From an uncultured Planctomycetota bacterium (GTDB lineage Bacteria; Planctomycetota; Planctomycetia; Isosphaerales; Isosphaeraceae): 64,000 nt of DNA. Position 1 is the first letter of the stretch. Each line of letters opens with the position of its first letter. The notes beneath the pieces were generated by a model. That model ran no database searches. It saw nothing but the letters and a program-made list of their open reading frames with translations, and was not told where the DNA came from. This document shows, in pieces, positions 1-12,163 of this stretch. The position numbers and the translations under genes are program-made. The stretch is from the NCBI GenBank assembly GCA_963823665.1, contig CAWGMQ010000004.1, forward strand, positions 2,432,001 through 2,496,000. Reading direction: 5' to 3'.

Positions 1-3000
1 CCCCCGGTGGCAGCGAGAGCTGATCGTAGATATCCGCCCGCACGAAGATGTGATATTGCCCGGGTGTCAGCGAGGGCGTCACGGTCGACAACGAGTTGGT
101 ATAGCTTCCGCCTGGCGCCAGTGGTCCGTTCTCCTGAACCGCGCCTAGATATGTGTCGGCAATGCTCCAAGTCGTCCCTGTTCCGATGTAGACGGCATCC
201 GACCAGCTTCCCATTGCGGGGTATGTCGTGCTCTCGTCCGTAACCGACCAGCTCACGGTGAATGGGTCGCCCGATTTCACCGTTGCGGGGTCGGGCAGCG
301 TGATGCTGGTCACGACAAGCTGCGATGGCGGCGGCGGATCGATGATGAGTGGCGGAGCAAGGTAATTGCTGTCATCGTTCTGGTTCGCACCCTCGAACAC
401 CGAACCGATCGGGCTGTCGACCGGGGGATTGGTGATCACGAAGAGATAGTACGCACCGAGCAGATTCGTCGGCACCTGGATCGGAACGGTAACGGTGTAG
501 CTGCGCCGGAGGCCAGGCCGTCCCTGGTGCTGCGACATTCCCAGGTACGGGTCGGCCTCCAAATCGAGCGTTGTACCCAGCGAGAAGTAGATCAGGTCGT
601 TCCAGGTGGATTCATCCGCCGGCGTGGAGGCACCCTCGTTCGTGACCGTATATGTGACGTCAAGCGTCTGGCCCTGGAAGACATGCCCCGCGTTCGCGTT
701 GGTGCTGATCGACGTTACTTGGAGGTCAGGGGCCGGCGCCAGCGTGACCGGGAGCGGCACTGACGCGATCTTGTCGGCCTCGTTCTCGTACTGCGGCACC
801 TGGCCTCGCCCCAGGCTGCGGATCGCTTCGGAAGCCAGGTCATACGGGTTGAGCTCGTTGGCCGCGCCGATCGAGATGCCATAGTTAAAGTAGCCGATGT
901 CACTCTGCACCTCGTAATTAGTCATCGCGTCCGAGTCGGTGTAGACGATGATGTCAAAGTTCCCCTGGATGCCGTCGGGAACGTGCACGTCCGCTGTTTC
1001 GGTGTATGAAGCACCCGGGGCCAGCACCTGCCCGTAGGTCGCCTGCCCTAGCTCGGTGTCGTAGGTGTCGAGCGAAGGGTCCTGCGATAGGAAGATGCGA
1101 TCAGTCCAGTTGTCTGTGCGCGTAGCCCGCGTGCCTCGGTTTGTTACTGTGTACGTGACCGGAATCGTTGAGCCCGACTCCGCGCTCGCGGGCACGGTGA
1201 TGTTTGTGACGGTCAGGTCGGGCTCGCTGTAGATGATGTTGAACGGCGTGGCGATCCGGTTGTTGTCGGGGTTTTCGAAAGCCCACTCAGTGAACTCGCC
1301 GAGCCAATATGAGTTATCCCCTGTATCAGCCGGCCACCAGTCGGTGGTTTCCAGCCGTGCCTGATACGTATAGAGACCCGGCGGCAGGTCGTTGTGCGCA
1401 TCGAGGTCGATGTAAAGGTAGTACTGGCCGCTCGTGCCCGGCGGGAGGGTGACGGTGTAGTTGACGGTATAGCTCTGGCCGACCTGCAATGGCGTCGTCT
1501 GGGCGTGCGTTGTCTGGCCCAGGAAAGATGCGTCATACCGATTGAATGTCGGCTCGGGGGAAACCCAGATGAAGTCGGTCCAGTAGTCCGTTCCCTCCCA
1601 CACCGGGTTCGGTCCCTGATTTTCGACGGTGTAGCTGAACGTCATGCTCTCGCCGGAGTAGTTCACCGTCGGGATCGAAACGTTCGTGACCACGAGATCG
1701 GCTGGGACCGGCGTCACCGACGTGGACTGTGCCAGCAGATTGTTGGCGTAGGTGATCTCACTGACCCAATACTGGCCTGGCGCTTCACCCGGCTGAGGCG
1801 CATCGGTTTGGACCACGAAGTACTGACCCACCGCCGAGGGGGACAACTCGACGGTAAGGCTCGCGTTGTAGCTCCCATCCGGGTTGAGCGCTGTGTTGTG
1901 GGTGACTGATCCCAGCGTCATCGTGATCGCATTTGGGTCAAGCGGATTGGTCGGCTCATTGGTCAGATAGACGGTGTCGATCCAGCCCACCGGCTGCGCA
2001 ACGCCGTTACCGACGTTCTCGACGGTCCAGTTGATCTTGACGTTGTCTCCTCCCTTGGCCACGCCCGGCGCGGTCATGGACGTGACGGTCAGGTCTGGCA
2101 GCGGCGCCAGCACCTGGACCTGGAACGCCTTGTAGTTGTCGTTATCAAGATTGTTGGGGTCATCCGGATTGACGTTTGTCGCCAGCTCGTTCTGGAGCAC
2201 CATCGAGTACAGGTCGGTCCACGGAGTGATGTAATACGTGCCCGGCGCCAGATCGATCGGCAGCGTCACCGACACCTTCTGGTCATAGCCCGCGTCGAGT
2301 GCCAGCCCCCCGGAATGCGGGAATTCCGTGAGTAGAACGTCTCCTGCAGCCGGGATCGGCCGCGTCTTGTCACGCGTCAGCCAGACCGAATCAGTCCAGT
2401 CGTCCACCAAGGTTGGGCCGGAGCCCAGGTTCGTCACGGTGTAGCTCACGTTGAAGGTACTGCCGGCGATCACCTGCGTCGGCGCGACCACATTGCTCAC
2501 CACCAGGTCGGGAAATGGAATCGGATTGATCTGGATCGGCTGATACTCGAGGTTGTTCTGACCGTTGGGCCACTGGTCGACGACCTGGTTGGCATCGATG
2601 GACACAATCACGTAGACCTGGCCGGCATAGCGGTCCGGCACCGTCACCGGAACCGTTGTCGCTTGATACTCGTCGCCAGGTGCCAGGGCAGACTGATTGG
2701 GAAGCTGCTCGATCAGGATCGAGGCGTCGGTGACGTACGGCGTCAGCGACAGATAGACGTCGTCGTCCCAGTTAACTGTCGTGGCCGCGGTCCCGTTGTT
2801 GACCACGGTGTAGGTCACCGAGAACGTCCCTCCGGCGTTCACCGACTCAGGCGCCTGGATATTGGCTACCTCGAGATTCGGCCGCGGCATCACCGTTACA
2901 GTCAGTGGTTGTGGCGCCAGGCCGGTATTATTGGTTGCCCCGTTCTCAAACAGCGAGCCGTTGAAATCCGTGATCACCTCGACGTTGTACAGCCCGCTGA

Positions 3001-6000
3001 TATGAACCGGCAGGCTCACCGACTGGACGCGGGAGTACGAGTTGCCCGGGCCCAGCGTGTTGTAGTTGGTGAACGTGCCCAACACCGAGTACTGGGCCGT
3101 GGGCTGGCCGGTCGGCTGGATCACGACTTCATCCTGCCAGGGCCCGACGGCGGCGCCAGTCCCCGAGTTTTGCACGGTCCAACCCACTTGAATCGTGCTG
3201 CCCTCCTGTGCGGTGGTCGGGGCGCTCACGCTTGCCACAGTCAGATCGGGCGGCGGCGTGAAATTGATCGTGAACGGCGCGGATACTGCTGATGTTGTCC
3301 GTACCATTGCCGTAGATGAACTCAAATGGCGTGCTCGGGCCGGTGTCCGTCGTCACGACGAAGTAGTAGGTACCGCTCAACCCCTCCGGCAACGTCACCT
3401 GGGCTGTCCGCACGTAGCTGCCGCCGGGCCCCACCGGCCCGAGGTGGTCGAACAGTCCGAAGTCCTGAACGATGTCTTTGCCCGCCGGATCACTCGCCAG
3501 TGCCAGGTCGTCGTCCCAGCTCGGCACGCTCGTCAGCCCGATCCCCTGGTTAGTCACGGTCCACGTCACGTTGACCGGCAAGCCGCTGCCCGCGTTTTGC
3601 GGATCCACGATCGACGAGACCACCAGATCGGCGTACGGGATGGGCATCACGTCGAAAAGATTGGGTGCTTCGCCGATATTGCCCCCTCTCATGCCATTCT
3701 CGAAGACTGCGTCGCCTGCGTCCGCCTCGACGAAGAGATGATATTGGCCGGTGAAGCCGGCCGGCATCTGGACGGTCTGCGTCTGTGTGTAGCTTGCACC
3801 TGGGGCGAGGCTGGTCGTATGAGGATACTCAGCAAGAACGATCGCATTGGGGTCGGCATAGTTATCAGTCGGCGAGGCGATGATCGCATCGGTCCAGGTA
3901 CTGGTTTGCCCCGCGCCCGTGCCGATATTCGTCACCGTCCACGAAATCACAGGGTAGGCCGGGTCGCCGATGGTCTGCATCGGTGCAGTGACATTGGTGA
4001 CCGAAAGAACGGCATACGGCGCAATCGAGATGTTGATGGCTTGTGAAGTCGTGCTCGATACACCACCTGGCTCGATGAGCTGGCTGGTCGCGTCGGCCAC
4101 GATGATGATCTGATACGTTCCGTTGTCACCGAGCGGAATTGTTGCAGTTGCCGAGCCGGTGGCGCTCTGGCCTGGGCCGAGTGGTCCGGTTTGAGATACT
4201 GTGCCCAGCAGCAACGAGCTGGCCGTCACCTGGCTGGTCGTCGAGAGGTAGGCGTCATCGACCCAGCCGCTCAAAGTCGGCGCGGTACCTTTGTTGGTCG
4301 TGGACCAATTAACCGTGATCGATGTACCCGAGGTTGCCGAAGTTGGGGCGAGGGTGATCGACGGAACCAGGTCGACGTGGCCGAAAACAAGCGGTTGTGG
4401 TGCACTGGCGAGGTTGTTGGCTCGGTCGGGGTCGGTGGTGACGGCGTCGCCCGAGTCACTGTCAACGATGACCTGGTAACTGCCATCGGCAAGATCTGCT
4501 CGGCAGCGTGTCCGTAAGCGTGCCGTTATACGAGCTTCCCGCCGCCAATCCACCGGTTCTCGTTTACCGAGCCAAGCAGTGTGGCGTCGCTCAGCTTGCC
4601 ATCCGGGCGAAAGATACACGGAGTCAGTCCATGATCCGGTCGCCGGCGAGCCGCCCACGTTCGTGACAGTCCAGGTCACCGACTCCGACTGCCCCGGCTG
4701 CCCGGCGGTAAGTGACGACGTCACCGCAGAGGCAGCCAGATCCGGCGGCGGCGGCGCCGACAGGTTGATCTGCGGCGCTGCTCTGCTGGGTTGTCAGGTC
4801 TGACTCGTTCACCACCCCGCCCGCATCGGCAACGACCACCAGGTAATAAGTACCGGCCTGCAGCGACGAGTCGATCGGAATCTGCACTGTCGACTGCCCG
4901 GTGTAGCTGCTACTGGGGGCAAGCGCCCTGAATTCTGCGCACTATAGGAATTGAGATAGATCGCCCCTGCTCCGAGCGTGGGCGTGGCAGAGAGATAAAC
5001 GTCATCGACCCATGGTCCGGTCGCACTGGCCGTGCCGTTATTGGTAACGGTCCACCCCAGGCTAAGTGTTGCGCCGAGTGTCGCCGAGGTCACCGATGGC
5101 TGGACCGAGCTGACGACCAGGTCCGGCAGCGATATCGTGAACGAAGCCTGAAACGCAGCTGCCCAGCAGCGTTCCCTCTTCGGCCTGCACGCCCGGTGCC
5201 GATCGTGAGCTCGTACGAGCCGTTGGCCCGCTGGGGCGTGATCGGGATGCTGTAGGTGTCGCCGCTTACCAACTACCCCTGCCCAACCGTCACTGCGCCG
5301 CCAGGCCCCGTCAGGGTGATGTTGGATCCGTTCAAGGTCGAGATGTTCATGACCTTGTTGAACGTCACTGCAATCGAATTCACGACGTCGTTCAGCGTGC
5401 CCGACGGGCTCACCGAAACCACCGCCAGCACCGAGTGGTCGATCGTGAAGCTCGTCTGGTAGGCCGCGGCCATCGCGTTGCCGGAAATGTCGAGCACACC
5501 CGGGCCGCCGATGCTGACGTTGTAGGTTCCTTCTTCTGTTTGCGTCGGGAAGGTGACGGTGTAGTCTGCCGCGTCGACTTCGGTGATGGTGATCGAGCTG
5601 GTCGCGATCGCACCGGCGGGGCCGCTAATAGTCACTTCACTGCTGGTGAACGTGCTCGGGTTGATGGCTTTGTCAAAGCTGACGCGCAAGGCTCGACACG
5701 TTGGCGCTGGTTACCCCTGACGGGCTCACGTCGAGACGACTGGCGGCGTTGTGTCGGGCGTGAGCTGGAATTGATCGGTAACGCCCGAGCCGAGCGAGTT
5801 GCCCGCAATATCGGCGATCGACGGCGAAAGCGCGAGCGTATATGTGCCACCTTTGGTCAGTGGTGCGGCGAAAGTCACTACGTAGGTGGTTCCTGATCCG
5901 ATCACTGAAGCCGGCTGGATCGAACCGGTGATTCCCGGGCCGCTGATCGCGATCGAGGAGGCGCCGATCGTCGCGGCATTGATGTTTTCGCTGAAGGTGA

Positions 6001-9000
6001 GTGTGCGCGAATAGAGCGGGTCCCTGCGCGGAGGGTGAGCCCGGCACCAGCGTCGGGGGGATGGTGTCGATCGTGTAGCTGACGCTCGCGTTAGCCGCGG
6101 CTGCCGCAAGGTCGGCGTGAAGGTCACCTTGGCCGTGTGGCTGCCGTTCACCAAGGCTGGGGAAGTGAATGAATAAGTCCCGGCGGCCGTGACCGACTGC
6201 GACGTGGTGCTCGTGCCATCGCCCTTGAAATCGACTTGAATCAAACCTCCTTCGTTCACCGTCACGTCGAAAGTGGGTGTGGTGTCGTTCGTGATGTCGT
6301 CACCCTTCACACCCGAATCGCTGCCGGGGTCAAGGATGACCGAAGCTTGACCTGGAAGGGCGGATCCGGAAGTTACGGTCGTGGTTGCGCTGTTTGCAAC
6401 GTCCGGCGCCACGCCGCTGCCGAGTAACACGAGTTGTGACAGGCCCGACGCGGTCGTGACCGTAGCCGCCGCCAGGAACGGGTTGCCTTCTGGTGTGCCG
6501 CCGCTGCTCGTGAGAATGATATCCGTGATTCGGGCAGTGGCGAAGGAACTCGGCAGCACGAACGTCTGCATGTCGAGCCGAACCTGGCCGTTGCCGAACG
6601 ATGCTGAAGGTGTGCCGGGCGCAATCGTATCGTTGTAGCCGTCGTTATTGAAGTCGCGGATATTGGTACCTTCAACCAGACTGAAAAACCGCGTCGGCAC
6701 CTCCCGTTCCTTTCACCTCGACGGTGCCGACCGTGTCGCCAGCCACTCCGTAGGTGGAGTTGATCAGCGTATTGAGTACGGTGCCGCCGCTGATGTTCAC
6801 GGGGATGTCAAATGATGTGCCGCTTCCTGTCGTTTGCAGAATGCCCAGACTGGAGGAATTCGCTCCATCGGGAATCAGCGCAAAGTCGACGCCGCCAACA
6901 GTAAGAGTTGTGGGTGCGATCGGGTAATCGGTGCCATTAGAATAGGTCCGCAGGTCGGCATTGGTCAGACTCGATTCAGATTCATAAGCCGTGTGGTTGA
7001 CGTTCGCGGTGATGGTAATCTGAATGTTGCCTATGCCGTCCGCCCCGCTTGGCAGTGTGAAGGAATACTGGTCCGGCTGCGACGCTCCTGGATCGAGGTC
7101 GCCGTTTAAACCCGGATCGGCAAGCACCAGCGCGGAGACCAACGTATCACCTGTGGTCGTGTCGGTAACCACGACCTGATCGTCCCATGCAGTTGTCGCG
7201 GGCAGACTCCCTGTGTTCGAATCGTCCCAGGTGATCGTCAAGTTCGATCCCTGCGTTAATCCGGTCGACGGACTGACCGCAAGATTGGTGACCTTGATAT
7301 TCTGCACTTCGCTCGGCAGGTTGGTAACGGAGACGGACGCGGGTGTGAGCCCGCTGTAGCTTGAATCCGAGCTCACCGCCGGCGAAAAAACAACCTGATA
7401 CGGAACACTTCCTGATTGATTATCGTTGACACCGGTTACTGTTACCGTCTGGGGTACATTCCAGTCAGCGGTCGTGAAAGTGAGCGTCGCTGGAGAAACG
7501 GTCCCTACAGACGTGCTGCTGGAGGTCAGGTTGAGTGTCACGTTGGCCGTCGGCGCAACAGCCAGCTCGACTGTGAATGCTGCAAAATCGCCCGCCTCGC
7601 TGGTGAACAAGCCAGTGGCCGGGAAAACCCGTATGTCAGCGGTCGCGGCAACGAGGTTAAAGCTGCTCGTACCGTAAACCGTCTGGAAAGTGGCCCCGGT
7701 CGCGTAGCTCAGACCGGTATACGTCGAATACTCACCCGATTGGGAGGCATAAGTGACGACCGAGAACTGGTTGCCGATCTGAGGCGTGAATCCATTAATC
7801 AAGGAAACGGCGATCGTGCCGTTCGCGTCAAACGGCGCCGGTGACGGCAAGCTGATCGTACTGAGTACCAGCCGTGGTTCCCGCGAGCTGGACGTTGAGC
7901 GTTCCGTCAGCGTACTGGCTCAAACTGCCGTCGATTGTCAACACGCCGATACCATTGTCTCCCGGCGTGATCACACCAGCATTCTCCACATCGGCCTGGA
8001 TCGTGCTGTCTCCGGAGAGATTACTGCCGGGGAGAAGGTGCACCGTGCCGCCGGTCACCGTTCCACTGCTGTTGGCGCTCAAGTTAACGTTCGTCAGGTT
8101 GATCGTGCCGGTTGTCAACTCGATCTGTCCGCTGTTAGTCGCGCTGAGCGTCGAGTTGTATTCGGCATTGGAGGCGAGGCTCGTCAGATCCGCGAGGTCG
8201 ATCACGCTGCTTGCGGCATCCGCGCTGAAGGATGTGCATCCGCTGGGGTCGCTGGCCAGCTTGCTGAGATTGACCTCGCCGCCGGCCTGTGCATCGATGT
8301 AGAGCGACGCGTATCCCGTTGCGCCGTCGAGTGAGGTCAGGCTGGTGAGGTCAAGTATGGTGCCTGCACCATTGGCAAGGAGCGTCGCGCCGCTTGGCTC
8401 TGAGAATTGCGCAAGCGCCGGAAACGCGAGATCGCCACCGCCGTAGGCATAAAGATTGGACGAGGTGATCGAGGTGATCTGGCTGGTGGTGATCGAGGAC
8501 ATGCCGTCGTCAAGCTGAATGTCACCGCGGTTGAGCGTGGTGAGGTCGCCTGCGAGGATCTTGCCGCCGTTGCTGGCCTCAAAACCTGAATCGGATTCGG
8601 CGTCGGAATAGAGTTCGGGTAGCTTCGAGAAGTCGATGACGCTGCTCGTGCCATCGGCGTGGGCGTAGATCCGTCCGGTGGACTGACTGGTGACGTTGCT
8701 GAGATTGACCTCGCCGCCGGCCTGTGCATTGAAATAGAGCGTGGAGTAGCCCGTTGCGCCGTCGATCGACATCAAGCTGGTGAGGTCGAGCACGCTGCCT
8801 GCGCCATTGGCCAGGATCGTTTCGCCGTTGGGCTCGGAGAATTGAGCGAGCGCTGGAAAGGCGAGATCGCCACCGCCGTAGACAGACAGGTTGGACGAAG
8901 TGATCGAGGTGATCTGGCTGGTGGTGATCGAGGACATGCCGTCGTCAAGCTGAATGTCACCGCGGTTGAGCGTGGTGAGGTCGCCTGCGAGGATCTTGCC

Positions 9001-11517
9001 GCCGTTGCTGGCCTCAAAACCTGAATCGGATTCGGCGTCGGAATAGAGTTCGGGTAGCTTCGAGAAGTTGATGACGCTGCTCGTGCCGTCGGCGTGGGCG
9101 TAGATCCGTCCGGTGGACTGACTGGTGACGTTGCTGAGATTGACCTCGCCGCCGGCCTGGGCGTCGATGTAGAGCGTCGAATAACCGGTCGCGCCCGTTA
9201 AAGACGTCAAGCTGGTGAGGTCAAGGACACTTCCTACGCCGTTGGCCAGGAGCGTGGCGCCGTTGGGCTCGGAGATTTGAGTCAGGGCCGGAAAGGCGAG
9301 ATCGCCACCGCCGTAGACAGACAGGTTGGACGAGGTGATCGAGGTGATCTGGCTGGTGGTGATCGAGGACATGCCGTCGTCAAGCTGAATGTCACCGCGG
9401 TTGAGCGTGGTGAGGTCGCCTGCGAGGATCTTGCCGCCGTTGCTGGCTTCAAAACCTGAATCGGATTCGGCGTCGGAATAGAGTTCGGGTAGCTTCGAGA
9501 AGTTGATGACGCTGCTCGTGCCGTCGGCGTGGGCGTAGATCCGTCCGGTGGACTGACTGGTGACGTTGCTGAGATTGACCTCGCCGCCGGCCTGGGCGTC
9601 GATGTAGAGCGTCGAATAACCGGTCGCGCCCGTTAAAGACGTCAAGCTGGTGAGGTCAAGGACACTTCCTACGCCGTTGGCCAGGAGCGTGGCGCCGTTG
9701 GGCTCGGAGATTTGAGTCAGGGCCGGAAAGGCGAGATCGCCACCGCCGTAGACAGACAGGTTGGACGAGGTGATCGAGGTAATCTGGCTGGTGGTGATCG
9801 AGGACATGCCGTCGTCAAGCTGAATGTCACCGCGGTTGAGCGTGGTGAGGTCGCCTGCGAGGATCTTGCCGCCGTTGCTGGCCTCAAAACCTGAATCGGA
9901 TTCGGCGTCGGAATAGAGTTCGGGTAGCTTCGAGAAGTCGATGACGCTGCTCGTGCCGTCGGCGTGGGCGTAGATCCGTCCGGTGGACTGACTGGTGACG
10001 TTGCTGAGATTGACCTCGCCGCCGGCCTGGGCGTCGATGTAGAGCGTCGAATAACCGGTCGCGCCCGTTAAAGACGTCAAGCTGGTGAGGTCAAGGACAC
10101 TTCCTACGCCGTTGGCCAGGAGCGTGGCGCCGTTGGGCTCGGAGATTTGAGTCAGGGCCGGAAAGGCGAGATCACCACCGCCGTAGGCAGACAGGTTGGA
10201 CGAAGTGATCGAGGTGATCTGGCTGGTGGTGATCGAGGACATGCCGTCGTCAAGCTGAATGTCACCGCGGTTGAGCGTGGTGAGGTCGCCTGCGAGGATC
10301 TTGCCGCCGTTGCTGGCCTCAAAACCTGAATCGGATTCGGCGTCGGAATAGAGTTCGGGTAGCTTCGAGAAGTTGATGACGCTGCTCGTGCCGTCGGCGT
10401 GGGCGTAGATCCGTCCGGTGGACTGACTGGTGACGTTGCTGAGATTGACCTCGCCGCCGGCCTGGGCGTCGATGTAGAGCGTCGAATAACCGGTCGCGCC
10501 CGTTAAAGACGTCAAGCTGGTGAGGTCAAGGACACTTCCTACGCCGCTGGCCTGGATTGTGGCGCCATTGGGCTCGGAGATCTGAGTCAGGGCCGGAAAG
10601 ACGAGATCGCCACCGCCGAAGGCAAAGAGATTGGAAGACGTGATCGAGGTGATCTGGCTGGTGGTGATCGACGACAAGTTGTCGTCAAGATGAATGTCGC
10701 CGCGATTGAGGGAGGTGAGGTCACCGGCGAGAATCTTGCCGCCATTGCTGGCTTCGAAACCGGAGTTGTTCTCGGCGTCGGACAACAGCTCGGGAAGTTT
10801 CGAGAAGTCGATGACGCTGCTGGCACCGTCGGCGTGGGCGTAGATGTCGCCGGTGGGCTGGCTGGTGACGTTGCTGAGATTGACCTCACCGCCGGCCTGG
10901 GCATTGATGTTAAGCGCGGAGTAACCCGTTGCTCCCGAAAGCGTCGTAAGGTGAGACAAGTCGACGAGGCTTCCCGTGCCGTTTGCCTGGATCGTGGCGC
11001 TATTTGAGCCGGTATAGCTTGTGGCCCCTGGCAGGGCCAAGGACGCACCCGAAGCTGCATAGAGGTTTGCACCGTCGATCGTTGTCGCTCCGGTTGCGGT
11101 GAACGTCACCCCGCTTCCAGAAGCCTCCAGCGTCGCGCCGGCGGCTACAGTCAGCGCGCCGCTGATCTGGGACGTCCCCGAAGTGACCTCGAATGAGCCT
11201 CCGGTGATATCGATTGCGGCATTGTCCGTGATGCTCAGAAAAGACGAGTTGCCGTTATAGAGGATTGTCAGACTGCTTCCGACATTGATGAGCGCGCTGT
11301 CATTACTTCCCGGCGCCGCGCTCAGACTCCAGTTGCTGCCGTCCTGCCAGCTCTTGCCGTCACCGGCGCCGGTCCAGACATCCTGAGCCAGGAGCAGGCG
11401 CTGTTCGAGAAACTCCATGAACAACTGCCGCGGACGCGCCGTCTTGCCGCGGAGCAAGTTGAAGCTTGCTCTCTTTGCGCGCGCGTTCGAATCCCGTTGC
11501 GATCGCGATGATGCCAT
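1..11517 (-). CDS. Giant secreted/surface protein (planctomycete extracellular N-terminus, 145-aa repeats, Calx-beta/Ig-like and many CARDB-like domains); runs off the left edge and is broken by multiple indels
   Basis: Overlapping minus-strand ORFs 7828-11517, 6672-7850, 5726-6700, 5273-5689, 4809-5093, 4624-4887 and 3129-4724 share Thr/Ser/Gly/Val-rich beta-sandwich composition. The N-terminus has FLEQRLLLA. CARDB-like motifs (DLvv..v.W.v.N.G...W.D.vYLS) continue down to position ~250. Confidence 0.85.
8180..11000 (-). repeat. ~6.5 tandem copies of a 435-bp (145-aa) intragenic repeat
   Basis: Shadow ORFs recur at 8407, 9277, 9712 and 10147 (offsets 870/435/435). The central copies are nearly identical in DNA. 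Confidence 0.95.
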
Positions 11518-12163
11518 TTTTACTGTCCCTTGACAGATGTCTCGCTCGTGGTGACGGTCCGCTATGGCAATGCGAAAAGGTCGGCATGGTCTCCGGGATA
11601 TGACACCCGGTACGGCGGCTGAGCCGGATCCCTAGTTTACCAGTCTCGGTTCGCGTGTTGAATTGGGCAGTCTGGCCAATATGGAGGAGACGATCGCCAG
11701 CGAGTCTCAAGCACCCTTGCCAGCAGGGCTTTCCGAACAGCATCGCTCATTTAAGACGTCTCGCCAATCGAATCGTTCTGCTCATCATGAGCGAAACTCC
11801 ACGATTCGCCTCATTGGCACTCAAAAATCGTCTAAAGGCTGCGCATTCTCACACGAACCTGCTTGCTGAACAATCCTCCGGTCCTTAAGGGCGGCCTTCG
11901 CCTATCGTCGCTAATGACCCATCTCAACAGCATTCTGCCGATTGGCAGGGCAATTATCTTAACCAACTCTAAAAGCTTATGGAAGTACCATCATGGATTA
12001 AATCATGCATGATGATGATTGCTGTGGATTCAAAGCATGGCGGGTTGTGGTGGATTCGCTGGCGTTTGCTGGCTTTGGAACGTCCCGGGAGGGAGGCAAG
12101 ACAGAACGCGATTGCCTGGGTATGATGCGACTGGCCTGGCAGTGAGGTCGGGCAGGGATCGAG

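Noticed and set aside
11900..12030. AT-rich stretch between divergent genes as a defined promoter or ncRNA
   Set aside because: A plausible promoter region, but no convincing -35/-10 pair or structure could be assigned by eye.
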